Part shown: one piece after another, positions 1 through 13,755 of the stretch
Layout: each line of letters opens with the position of its first letter
Numbering within the stretch: position 1 is the stretch's first letter
DNA from: Tubiluchus corallicola
Lineage: Eukaryota > Animalia > Priapulida
DNA length: 57,448 bases
Reading direction: 5' to 3'
Assembly: GCA_030141605.1 (NCBI GenBank)
Contig: JAQGDQ010001175.1
Coordinates: 1-57,448 of the forward strand
The notes under the pieces: generated by a model
What the model saw: only the letters and a program-made list of their open reading frames with translations
What the model was told of the DNA's origin: nothing
Database searches by the model: none
Position numbers and translations under genes: made by a program

Positions 1-217
1 CTGTAAAAAAACCGCATAGAGTGTGACAGTGGATAGTAGGGATCCGGGATTCCCTGATTTTGCCGGATGTCCCAACCGATCTCCAGTGAACTCGTGACCG
101 GATATTCGTACCTTCAGGGAAAAAACAAAATGTCACAACAAAATAGGAACGTTTAGAAATAAAAAACACAAATATATGAGTAGACATAGAAAGAAGGCCT
201 ATTATTAAACAATCAGG

Positions 218-251
<34 letters not shown>

Positions 252-333
252 AAACAGACAGACAAACAGACAAACAGACAAACAGACAAACAGACAAACA
301 GACAGACAGACAAGACAGACAGATTAACAGACA

Positions 334-378
<45 letters not shown>

Positions 379-395
379 AACAGACAAACAGACAA

Positions 396-438
<43 letters not shown>

Positions 439-483
439 AACAGACAAACAGACAGACAGACAAGACAGACAGATTAACAGACA

Positions 484-514
<31 letters not shown>

Positions 515-1731
515 GAAACTAAAATAGAGACTTTAAATGTAAAATGTCTAATAATTTAACCAATATGATAAGAACTCGTTTAGGTTTTTTCGGCACACTG
601 CCGGCTGCGATAAAGTCAACTGAATTCAGATTTCCTACTTGGCGCATGCGCAGAAAGTTTAGACCAAATGTTTCTGACGTGCGCAGGAAGTGTGGCCCTC
701 GCATGCGCAAACAGTTTAATTCTCACACTTCACGCATACACAGGAAGTTACTTCATGAAAATTTGGGCATGGGACGAACAGAGAGACAAGCAGACGATCA
801 CACGTCAGATAGGGAGAGTTGCAAAATGTAGAGCAGACAGACAAACAAATTAATAAACAGATCAAACAAGCAAGACAACAACTAAATAAAGAGCAGTCAA
901 ACAACAACAAGCAACTATATAAACAAATAAACAAACTGCTGGACAGATCAAACAAGCAAGACAACAACTAAATAAAGAGCTGTCAAACAACAACAACAAC
1001 AACAAGCAACTATATAAACAAATAAACAAACTGCTGGACAGATCAAACAAGCAAGACAACAACTAAATAAAGAGCAGTCAAACAACAACAAGCAACAATA
1101 ACAACAAACAAGCAACTATATAAACAAATAAACAAACTGATGGGTAGATCAAACAAGCAAGACAACAACTAAATAAGGAGCAGCTAAATAGCAACAACAA
1201 CAACAAGCAACTACATAAACAAACAAATAAGCTGTCAATAAGCAGCAAACAAACAAACAAATATACATACAAACAAACATAAATACAAAATCACATTTTC
1301 AAAAAAACAATAAACAATCAGAACCTATCTTCTGGGTCGATATTCATTCTGGTTCTTAGATACTCATGGCGTCCCTGCTGTTCCTTGGTAACGCCCTTGT
1401 ACAACAACTTTCTCACATCTGATGGGACAGGACGCTGGAAGGGTGGGGTGGTATCAACGTCCAGCTTGGCAGCCAATTCTAAGAGGACGTCCAGTTCACT
1501 GGGTTTCCTCCTGTAATGAATCCTACACGCCGGGACCTCGCATGGCTTCTCTTCACTTGGTGTCTCTCCTTTGCGCATGCTCAGTAGTCTGGCTTCAGCA
1601 GCAGCTTTCTGCTCTTCCTCTACGTCATTCTTGTATTTCGTGAACCACGTGGTCCGGGCTCGATTCTCGTTGGCGACGAGCTCCTTCAGGAAGTTCTGGC
1701 GGATGAAGCCCATATTCAGTTCCCGGGCCAT
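1..1731 (-). CDS. SPMIP1: Sperm microtubule inner protein 1 (ATP6V1FNB) homolog, copy 1; two coding exons, 3' end runs off the window
   Basis: Exon 1731-1325 ([17 protein letters not shown]...[37 protein letters not shown]) has a weak AG|GTTCTG donor. It splices at ttttttccctgaag| to exon 111-<1 ([13 protein letters not shown]...RFFYR). This matches recalled human SPMIP1 motifs RQNFWKE, LLYEGISHDFQGRYRYL, RYLFPITTSFTYGW and FFRKNG. Confidence 0.85.
205..518. repeat. (CAGA/CAAA)n tetranucleotide microsatellite in the SPMIP1 intron
   Basis: Visible directly; counterpart at ~24680-24982. Confidence 0.95.
640..750. promoter_or_regulatory. NRF1/ETS motif cluster inside the SPMIP1 intron
   Basis: GCGCATGCGC at 642-651, CGCATGCGCA at 700-709, and CAGGAAGT at 684-691 and 741-748. 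Conserved in copy 2 (~25107-25215). Confidence 0.45.
855..1260. repeat. ~86-105 bp A/C-rich tandem repeat, 4-5 units
   Basis: Recurring unit ACAGATCAAACAAGCAAGACAACAACTAAATAAAGAGC...; counterpart at ~25320-25740. Confidence 0.85.
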
Positions 1732-1814
1732 CTTGAATTTCTGCTGTGTGTCTTTAAAAGATGACTGGAGTTGATGATGACAGCGTCAGCTTACAGGTGC
1801 CAGTTGTGAAAATG

Positions 1815-3108
1815 ACAAACCTTAAAGCAAAAGAAAATACTCTTGACAGACCTTGAAGCACAAGAAAACACTCTTGACAGACCTTAAAGCATAAGAAAAC
1901 ACTCTTGTTAGATCTCAAAGCACAAGAATACTATCTTGTTAGACCTTAAAGCACAAGAAAACACTCTTGGCAGACCTTGAAGTAAAAGAAAACACTCTTG
2001 GCAAACCTTGCAGCACAAGAAAACACTCTTGACAGACCATAAAGTACAAGAAAATACTCTTGACAGACCTTAAAGTACAAGAAAACACTCTTGGCAGACC
2101 TCAAAGTACAAGAAAATACTCTTGACAGACCTTCAAGCAAAAGAAAACACTCTTGGCAAACCTTGCAGCACAAAAAACACTCTTGACAGACCTTGAAGCA
2201 CAAGAAAACACTCTTGACAGACCTTAAAGCACAAGAAAACACTCTTGTTAGATCTCAAAGCACAAGAATACTATCTTGTTAGACCTTAAAGCACAAGAAA
2301 ACACTCTTGACAGACCTTAAAGTACAAGAAAACACTCTTGGCAGACCTCAAAGTACAAGAAAATACTCTTGACAGACCTTAAAGTACAAGAAAACACTCT
2401 TGACAGACCTTACAGCACAAGAAAACACTCTTGACAGACCTTAAAGTACAAGAAAATACTCTTGACAGCCTTAAAGCACAAGAAAACACTCTTGACAGAC
2501 CTTGAAGCACAAGAAAACACTCTTGACAGACCTTGAAGCACAAGAAAACACTCTTGACAGACCTTAAAGCACAAGAAAACACTCTTGTTAGATCTCAAAG
2601 CACAAGAATACTATCTTGTTAGACCTTAAAGCACAAGAAAACACTCTTGACAAACCTTAAAGTACAAGAAAACACTCTTCACAGACCTCAAAGTACAAGA
2701 AAATACTCTTGACAGACCTTAAAGTACAAGAAACACTCTTGACAGACCTTAAAGCACAAGAAAACACTCTTGACAGACCTTAAAGCATAAGAAAATACTC
2801 TTGACAGACCTTAAAGTACAAGAAAATACTCTTGTTAGATCTCAAAGCACAAGAATACTATCTTGTTAGACCTTAAAGCACACGAAAACACTCTTGACAG
2901 ACCTTAAAGTACAAGAAAACACTCTTGGCAGACCTTAAAGTACAAGAAAACACTCTTGACAGACCTTGAAGCACAAGAAAACACTCTTGACAGACCTTGA
3001 AGCAAAAGAAAACACTCTTGGCAAACCTTGCAGCACAAGAAAACACTCTTGTTAGGTCTCAAAGCACAAAAATAGTCTTTTGACAAACACTTCAAGCACA
3101 AGAAAACA
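1815..3108. repeat. 31-bp minisatellite with periodic variant units
   Basis: Consensus GACCTTAAAGCACAAGAAAACACTCTTGACA, ~40 units. Variant block GTTAGATCTCAAAGCACAAGAATACTATCTTGTT recurs at ~1908, 2247, 2587 and 2834. Confidence 0.95.
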
Positions 3109-3903
3109 CACTGGGATGATAAATCAATGGTGCACACTGGGATGATAAATCAATGGTGCACACTGGGATGATAAATCAATAGTGCACACTGGGATGGTGA
3201 ATCGATGGTGGACACAGGGATGGTGAATCAGTGGTGCACACTGGGATGGTGAATCAGTGGTGCACACTGGGGTGATAAATCAATGGTGCACACTGGGATG
3301 GTGAATCAATGGTGGACACTGGGATGGTGAATCAGTGGTGCACACTGGGATGATAAATCAATGGTGCACACTGGGATGGTGAATCAGTGGTGCACACTGG
3401 GATGGTGAATCTATGGTGCACACTGGGATGGTGAATCAATGGTGCACACTGTGATGGTGAATCAATGGTGCACACTGGGATGGTAAATCAATGGTGCACA
3501 CTGGAATGGTGAATCAATGGTGCACACTGGGATGGTGAATCAATGGTGCACACTGTGATGGTGAATCAATGGTGCACACTGGGATGGTAAATCAATGGTG
3601 CACACTGGGATGGTGAATCGGTGGTGTACACTGGGATGGTAAATCAATGGTTTACACTGGGATGGTGAATCAATGGTGCACACTGGGATGGTGAATCAAT
3701 GGTGCACACTGGGATGGTGAATCAATGGTGCACACTGTGATGGTGAATCAATGGTGCACACTGGGATGGTAAATCAATGGTGCACACTGGGATGGTGAAT
3801 CGGTGGTGTACACTGGGATGGTAAATCAATGGTTTACACTGGGATGGTGAATCAATGGTGCACACTGGGATGGTGAATCAGTGGTGCACACTGGGATGGT
3901 GAC
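3105..3903. repeat. 26-bp minisatellite
   Basis: Consensus GGTGCACACTGGGATGGTGAATCAAT, ~30 units. Confidence 0.95.
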
Positions 3904-3992
3904 ACAATGACGTTTTATCAGTTGGCACGAATATTTTAAATTATCGAAAATTTTCTTTTCCAATTACAACTCTGTCTACATCTAAATATCCA

Positions 3993-4092
3993 ATTACGAT
4001 TACGATTACGATTACGATTACGATTACGATTACGATTACGATTACGATTACGATTACGATTACGATTACGATTACGATTACAATTACAATTA
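3993..4092. repeat. (ATTACG)n hexamer microsatellite
   Basis: Visible directly; also at ~28457-28556. Confidence 0.95.
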
Positions 4093-4570
4093 CATACGAC
4101 TTTAAAAAATTTTAGCATAATGGTAAGTATTGTAACTTTGTATGGAAAGTTTTTTCATTTTTTCATTTTCTTTCCCTTTGAGCAGCCTAGCAGAAGACTA
4201 TTCAGCATAACTAAACAGTGAAATGTGAAAAGTTTTAATGATATTAAGAACGTCTTATCGAATTTGGGACTTTAGTTTGTTTTTCTAGTTTATCTAAAAG
4301 CTTTTCTCTAGTAAACTGAATCCTGTTTTCAGCAACGAGTGGCTAACGATAGATTGGATCCGTAGGAGATTTTATGAATGATGAGGTGCTACAGCTAGGT
4401 AAAGTTACCTTGTTTTTTCCTGCATCCCAGAACTATCACAGATCTTTGCTTGTCAAATTTGTAGGAAAAATGAGAACAAAATTTTACCTCGATTTTAAAA
4501 TTTTCAACAAAAATTTACGTCTAAATTAAAACGAAATTGACTGAGTGTGGTTTGCTATAAATGTCCAATT

Positions 4571-5349
4571 TGCCTTACCTGTAATCCGTCAGCGTCAAGT
4601 GTGACCCGTGGAAAGTATGGAGTTTCACATCCTTGCGCAGTGACGTCACGTCCTTGCGCAGTGACGTCATAAAGCAAACGCCAGAGGGCACAGTTCAGAT
4701 TCACACGACGTTCGTAGCTGCTATCAGTTGAGAAGCAAAAAATAATGATTAAATTGAATGGCTAAGAAGTTCACAACCAGTTACAATGATGCGTTAAACT
4801 CACAAAATCGAGTATTTTAACTCAAATCTGACGAAAAGTAAAAATAAATTCGGTCTAAATTAAAACACTAATATTAGAATGGCATTAATATTGGCTAAGA
4901 ATCACTTAAATTTAATCTACTTATTAGCATTTCTGCTGTCTAGATCGGAGAACTAAAATTAAATTTAAAAATCGCAACTTAATTAATTAATTAATTAAAA
5001 AACTCAATTAATAACATCTAAAAACGGTTATTTCTCACTCGTCGTCATGGAAACGCTAAAAATGTTTACACAGTATATAAGGACTTGAACGAAAAATTCT
5101 TTTCCAAACTTTTATTTACCTTTTCTCGTTCCATAGAGAAAGCGGCAGCGGTTGCTATGCAGCGCGTGACGTCATCTGGTGACGTCATTGTCTGTTGATG
5201 ATACAATTCGTACACGTCATCATGTAACGAGCTAAGTGAAGCTTCGTCCCGGTTGTCACGTCCTTCCTGTGCTGCTCTGTTGATCTCTGCTTTGGGAATT
5301 CTCCTGTAACTTTTTTGTCTGCTGTACGAGAAAGTTTGGTGGTTTAAAG
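4571..5349. promoter_or_regulatory. Putative bidirectional promoter for SPMIP1 (-) and BAF-like (+)
   Basis: Minus-strand donor CAG|GTAAGG at 4578 suggests a noncoding SPMIP1 first exon. Paired TGACGTCA at 4641/4662 and 5167/5180. X-box-like GTCGTCATGGAAAC at 5041 and GTTGCTATGCAGC at 5151. Confidence 0.6.
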
Positions 5350-7661
<2,312 letters not shown>

Positions 7662-8065
7662 ATCCGCCCCCAGCTGCTACAGAACCAATAGAAATTTCAT
7701 CGTTTTGTTGTTTTTTTCCCTGAAAAATGTGTGTAAAATGGGGAAGTCTGAATTGACGAATCCCAACAAACACTTATTGTTGTTTTGTTTACAGAATCGT
7801 TGGAAGCCAAAGGGGTAAAAAATTGAGGGGGTGTTGAAAATTGTTGTTGGCAAAATTTTATCTCAGAAAAACTTTTGTAAAACTTTAACGTGTAGAAAAT
7901 GGCTGCATCGTAATTTGTTATTTTTTTTGTTACATTTGATTGTTTAAATAAATGAAATGGGAGGAAAAACGTTTCTGACTTTAGTTTATGTATCATAGTA
8001 AATATTCTTTTAGTAAAAAAATGTTTAAAGGAACGGTTAAGCCTTTTTGGAAGTTGGTTTATTTC

Positions 8066-8398
<333 letters not shown>

Positions 8399-8469
8399 TT
8401 AATACAATTAATTCTGCAAAAGCGTTTCAGATAAATAAATAGTAGGTTAAATATTTTATTAAATTTTAT

Positions 8470-8700
8470 GGAATTTCAAATTTACTGCTCTGCTCATGCA
8501 TTACCTGACGAACGTGTGTAGTTCGTCACAAACTAACACATCTGAACTGAGAGGTACAGCAATTGTTTTCGTGCAATGCGTTTCCGTAATGCAGGCGCTA
8601 GTGTCCGTCTAGTTAGTGAATGATGAAATGCATGTAACAGGACAGAAATAGTGGCGCGAACGCGAAATTGTGTTTGTGTGGTAATAATTCTTTCACTCTA
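8470..8700 (+). mobile_element. Fragment of a dispersed repeat family (same family as 49770-50642)
   Basis: TTTCAAATTTAC...TTCGTCACAAACTAACACATCTGAAC...CGAAATTGTGTTTG matches 49958-50180 and the reverse complement of 56205-56425. Confidence 0.7.
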
Positions 8701-8719
8701 GTGCTAACTAAAGACCTTT

Positions 8720-9068
8720 TGTTTACCTTTTCTGATTTGGTTCTTCATGGTCACTTTCGCCATCTAGTGCTAGTTAGAGACACTACATTTCATTTTCTAA
8801 TTGTGCAAGTTATGGGAGTAGAGTACAGCAGACACAACACAGTTCTTTTCTAATACTTTTTTCCGTTTCCCTTTTCTACATGGTCACTTTCGCCATCTAG
8901 TGCTAGTTAGAGACACTTTCATATTTAGTAGTTTTTACTGTACTCTACTCTCATAAATTGCACAGTTTTTTCCGTTTCGCGTATTTTGTTTACCTTTTCA
9001 GATTTGGTTCTACATGGTCACTTTCGCCATCTAGTGCTAGTTAGAGACACTACATTTCATTTTCTAAT
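8720..9068. repeat. ~133-bp tandem repeat (3 units), each carrying a CTCF-like motif
   Basis: ATGGTCACTTTCGCCATCTAGTGCTAGTTAGAGACACT at ~8747, 8880 and 9014; reverse complement contains GCACTAGATGGCG. Confidence 0.8.
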
Positions 9069-9749
9069 AGTCTGAGTTATGTGACAATTTTTTAACATGT
9101 TTTCCGTGTATAGAAACTGAATTCTCGAGCTCTATTGATCGCTAATCATGATTTAAGATCTTTCTTTTTTCAGTAGTGGTCCAGCTCTTGTTTGCATTTT
9201 AATAAATAAATTATATATTATATAGTTGCCTGTCGTGAAGAAACTATTGCAACACGCTGATTTTGTTCAAATATAATAATAGTTTATTAACGTGATTGAT
9301 GGTAATTTGAAGCAAACATAGGCCTAATAATAAACGAATTGTACGTACTATAATGAGTAAATATCAGAATAATATCGAAGTATATTCACCAGTGAAGAAA
9401 AACACAGGTATACAAAAATACAAATTTAACAAAAAATGTATCTGTAACACAATAATATCAGAAACAAGTGAAATAATTATTCAAATGACGATGGTAATCG
9501 TAAAGTCATTATACAGGTGGGCCAAAAAAATTATCGTTAAATTATTTAATAAAAGGCTCGTTAACTTTAACCCAAAAAAACCATAAGCTTGCAGATGACG
9601 TTATTATTAATGGCATAAATGACGCAGCTAGTGATTATAAAAAAACATGGGAGGTTGTAGATGCAAAAAAGGCTACAGATGACTTTTCAACATCAACAAC
9701 AGTGCCCTCTGTAATCTCCTCTATCGTCGATGCACAATGATGAAAGAAA

Positions 9750-10660
9750 AATACAATTATTGTATACTATACGATGTACCTAGGCCTAAAAACAACACAA
9801 TTATTGTATACTATACGATGTACCTAGGCCTAAAAAAACCCACAATTATTGTATACTATATGATGTACGTAGGCCTAAAAAACAACAACTATTGTATACT
9901 ATACGATCTACCTAGGCCTAAAAAAGCACAATTATTGTACACTATACGATGAACATAGGCCTAAAAACAACACAATTATTGTATACTATACGAAGTACCT
10001 AGGCCTAAAAAAGCACAATTACTGTATACTGTACGATGTACCTAGGCCTAAAAAAGCACAATTATTGTATACTATACGATGTACACAGGCCTAAAAAACA
10101 ACACAATTATTGTATACTATACGATGTACCTAGGCCTAAAAAAAGCACAATTATTGTATACTATACGATGTACCTAGGCCTAAAAAACAACACAATTATT
10201 GTATACTATACGATGTACCTAGGCCTAAACAAGCACAATTATTGTATACTATACGGTGTACGTAGGCCTAAAAACAACAATTATTGTATACTATACGATG
10301 TATCTAGGCCTAAAAACACAATTATTGTATACTATACGATGTACCTAGGCCTAAAAAAGCACAATTAGTGTATACTATACGATGTACTTAGGCCTAACAA
10401 ACAACACAATTATTGTATACTATACGATGTACCTAGGCCTAAAAAAGCACAATTATTGTATACTATACGATGTACGTAGGCCTAAAAAAAGCACAATTAT
10501 TGTATACTATACGATGACCTAGGCCTAAAAAACACAATTATTGTATACTATACGATGTACCTAGGCCTAAAAAACACAATTATTGTATACTATACGATGT
10601 ACCTAGGCCTAAAAAACACAATTATTGTATACTATACGATGTACCTAGGCCTAAAAAACA
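9750..10660. repeat. ~43-bp palindrome-rich minisatellite 3' of the BTB gene
   Basis: Unit CACAATTATTGTATACTATACGATGTACCTAGGCCTAAAAAA, ~21 units; also at ~34100-34922 and ~40635-41460. Confidence 0.95.
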
Positions 10661-10932
10661 ACTCGATTAGTTCTGGTATTTCCTCTTTGTTGGCTATAAG
10701 TTGACCAAAATCTTGAATGAAAAAATGTTGAAGAACAAGGAGATTTACGAATGCCAAATCATACGATACAGCTTGTACGTGACATTGTTATGCTGATCAC
10801 AATCAATCATGACAAACCGACTTACTTCTTCAAAATGGGCGGCAACATACGGGGTGTAAATATTTATTGGTCTATAAACAATCAATCGTAATCGTGAAAG
10901 CATCAGTTTCAAGAAATGATTTTCCTTTCAAT

Positions 10933-12216
10933 TCATTTTCTAAACAGCATCAGAACTTTTATGCGAATTTTTCCATCATGAATAAACCCGGAAGCAGGGT
11001 CCATGACGGTTCTAAACTGTGCAATATTTCTTGCTTGCCAGGACCGTTTCTTTGTATCTTCATTTAGGATAGTTTTGAGTGACCTTTGTGGATGATTGTT
11101 AATCACTTCAATGTAACTGTTCTTACGTATGCTGATGAAAGTAGAACAGGGATCAACTTCTAAATTCAAGCAACAGCCTTCACCACGGTTATCTCCAGCA
11201 TTGGAGCAGTTTCTATCATCACAACTGAAAAGATAAATGTCAAGCTCATCAGCATCACCATTGATTGCAATCTTTTCTAATAGAATATTTCCATATCTTA
11301 TTCTTAAACTATCAATTTCCTCAACACGTACAGCGCACATGACTGACACGACTTCTGCGCCGTAGTTTCTCTGCGTTTTTGGAAATATTGATTCTGATGT
11401 CTCTTTTTGATGATAATTGATTAAAACATTTTCTTGCTCCTCGGCATTTAATATTCCAGTTGCTACCGGTCCTTTGATGAATAACTCTGGATCCATTGTG
11501 GGAAATCTGATTTGAAACAGTATGTCACATAAGACTGTTCTCTTGTTGAACACATTTTGCTCTAGGTTCTTTCGCTTGCATTCAGCATCAGCCCACCTTA
11601 AAACTGCATCAAATAGTTTCCCCTCTTCATTAATTGTCAGTTCATCAAGTTTGACAATCCTCAATAAGTTGTCGTAGCTCAAGGAAGTAAAACTGTCGGA
11701 CCCTATAACTGCTTCCGTCTCGATACTAATGACCTCCAAACAGTTCATCTCTACATCTCGCCTTTCATAGAAACAAGCAGCTGTCAGAATGGTACAGACG
11801 TTGTCAGTTGTGATTTCAGATTTAAGGAAATCAGCAGCCATTTTTTCAAGTTCACGAATGTTGTATTTTCTAGCTGTGTAAAGTACCGAGAGAACATTAT
11901 CACCAGTTAATTCAGCTTTGTCAGTATAAATAAATCTCAAAAGCAGCAGGAACACTTCAGGTTCAACGTCGGTTATTGGTATGACATCACCAAGTTTATG
12001 ACACAGCGGCCCAAACAGCATCCTCTTAAAAACGTCACTTCTGAGTGCAAGTACGTACCGACTAGCGTTGATGATGGTTTCACCAACTGAAAAAGTTACA
12101 TCACATAATTCCTGGAAATCTTCGTTACCAAAAACATAATCGTATCTCTCGTTCCAGTTGTCCATCGCATCAACCCTTTCAGCTGGAGTTTGCGGCTCGT
12201 CTAATGAAGATGCCAT
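10933..12216 (-). CDS. Intronless BTB/POZ-BACK protein (BTBD1/2/3/6-like N-terminus) with divergent MATH-like C-terminus, paralog 1
   Basis: 427 aa ORF. BTB motifs CDVTFSVG...ASRYVLALRSDVFKRMLFG...ITDVEPEVFLLLLRFIYTD; BACK motifs LFDAVLRWADAEC...IRFPTM. The terminal WQARNIAQFRTVMDPASGFIHDGKIRIKV resembles the MATH C-terminal strands (WG..F..W..V.DP..GFI.DDK...V). Confidence 0.9.
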   Translation of the reverse strand: MASSLDEPQTPAERVDAMDNWNERYDYVFGNEDFQELCDVTFSVGETIINASRYVLALRSDVFKRMLFGPLCHKLGDVIPITDVEPEVFLLLLRFIYTDKAELTGDNVLSVLYTARKYNIRELEKMAADFLKSEITTDNVCTILTAACFYERRDVEMNCLEVISIETEAVIGSDSFTSLSYDNLLRIVKLDELTINEEGKLFDAVLRWADAECKRKNLEQNVFNKRTVLCDILFQIRFPTMDPELFIKGPVATGILNAEEQENVLINYHQKETSESIFPKTQRNYGAEVVSVMCAVRVEEIDSLRIRYGNILLEKIAINGDADELDIYLFSCDDRNCSNAGDNRGEGCCLNLEVDPCSTFISIRKNSYIEVINNHPQRSLKTILNEDTKKRSWQARNIAQFRTVMDPASGFIHDGKIRIKVLMLFRK

Positions 12217-12575
12217 CCTTTGTCCAACGAAATTTGTGGAATTACTTTACTGAGAACTGAATTATCTGAGCTGTGCATTCAACACGACTGTGACTCAGCA
12301 ACTCGTGAACAAAGTTAGCGTGCCACAGCAGTTCACTGCATTTTCTTGCAGCGGTAAAGGTAGCAACGTTTGGAGGAAAAAATAGCTTCAAGTGTGTTTA
12401 GCAGTTGCAAGAAAAAGCGTCTAATGCAACAGCAATGCCCGCACACATAATCTGATTTTCAAGTTGCTTAATTTTGAAGTTAAATCGCCACAAAACGCAA
12501 CGCAACTGCTGCTGAAAGACAGATGCACCCCCACGTCGCAATAGACTCTTCCAATTGTTTTTGCACAACGTATAG

Positions 12576-12832
12576 TACAGGGTGTCTATAAAGTCTTTAC
12601 AATTTTAAAAATTTATTACAAAGGCAGTTGACAAGATATCTTAACAGATTTGTTTTGTTTTATTCAGTGTTCATTTAAGTTTGAGATCACATTGAAATTT
12701 CACGTTTTATGTAGGTCTGCTGTTGATAGAAGGATCTTTTTAACTGAAACCCTAAAATGCGTACGCCTCAAGAGAAGGCACAGTATGTATCATGATTTAT
12801 TAACGCAGACTCAGCAAAACTGCAGACTATAG
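12576..12832 (+). mobile_element. Truncated Tc1/mariner 5' end (TIR plus transposase N-terminus)
   Basis: TA|CAGGGTGTCTATAAAGTC terminus, followed by ATG CGT ACG CCT CAA GAG AAG GCA CAG (MRTPQEKAQYVS*). This resembles the recalled DUF4817 mariner N-terminus MATPQEKAQCVSWF. This copy has a stop at the Trp codon. Confidence 0.7.
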
Positions 12833-13179
12833 AATTGCTAATGGAATTTTATACATCCACGCTGCCTCGCCTTGTACAAACAACTAACTGTACACTCTTT
12901 ATTAACTTGGTTTATAAACTTATGACACCAACTAAGAAAAATAACTCTTCACTTTGTCTAATATCATGTGTAACTCAGCCTCTTGTCCCAATTTTATTAG
13001 GAATTAGAATAAGTTCAAGTATCTTTCAATGCTAATCAGAACTTTTTTTTAAATTTAAAGCAAGAAATGAAATTGAATTAAAGAGATATATTATTATTAA
13101 AATCATTTTATTTTATTCGTGAAACGGGGTTAAACTGGCTGAGGATCCTACACCTCAAAACAATGTAAACTATGAAAGT

Positions 13180-13492
13180 TGAAAGGAAAATACTATTTTT
13201 TCAAGAATTACTCAGTGAAAGAATTATTAGCACAGAGTTGAAATTGCATTCGCACCACAAGTTCTTCGCAGTTAAACCTCTTGCACAAAAAGCGGTGCTG
13301 TACCACTTAGTTCAAATGTGTTCAGGTGTGACGTGGTGCACACGTTAGCTCAGGTGTGAGTACAGCTGTAAACTTGAATCTTGAAATATAAACTTAAAGT
13401 TAGTCAAGTTTTCATATGTCATTTTCACACTGAATGATATACAGTAGCACTGTACTTCAATTTTTTCTTTCTTTGAAAATTATGCCCATTCG
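13180..13492 (-). mobile_element. Older diverged member of the Kolobok-like dispersed family
   Basis: Colinear with 56160-56560 (GAAAGGAAA.TACTATT...GCACAAA...CACTGAAT...AGTAGCACTGTACTTCAATTTT); also at ~37690-38603 and ~43535-43855. Confidence 0.55.
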
Positions 13493-13494
13493 TA

Positions 13495-13510
13495 GTATTA
13501 TTACTACTAC

Positions 13511-13574
<64 letters not shown>

Positions 13575-13595
13575 GTTGTTGTTGTTATTATTATT

Positions 13596-13640
<45 letters not shown>

Positions 13641-13644
13641 ATTA

Positions 13645-13741
<97 letters not shown>

Positions 13742-13755
13742 TATTATTATTAGAA
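13495..13755. repeat. (ATT)n/(GTT)n microsatellite
   Basis: Visible directly; the same start context TAGTATTATTACTACTACTTTTATT occurs at ~43860. Confidence 0.95.

Noticed and set aside
544-831. 95-aa Arg-rich ORF antisense within the SPMIP1 intron
   Set aside because: No recognisable homology, and the C-termini differ between copies; treated as a motif island rather than a CDS.
1318-1731. 137-aa single-exon ORF ending DRF*
   Set aside because: Better explained as exon 1 of a spliced gene; the missing conserved SPMIP1 C-terminus lies in a downstream exon.
1815-3903. Regular short repeats superficially like a CRISPR array
   Set aside because: Head-to-tail units without unique spacers, no cas genes, eukaryotic context.
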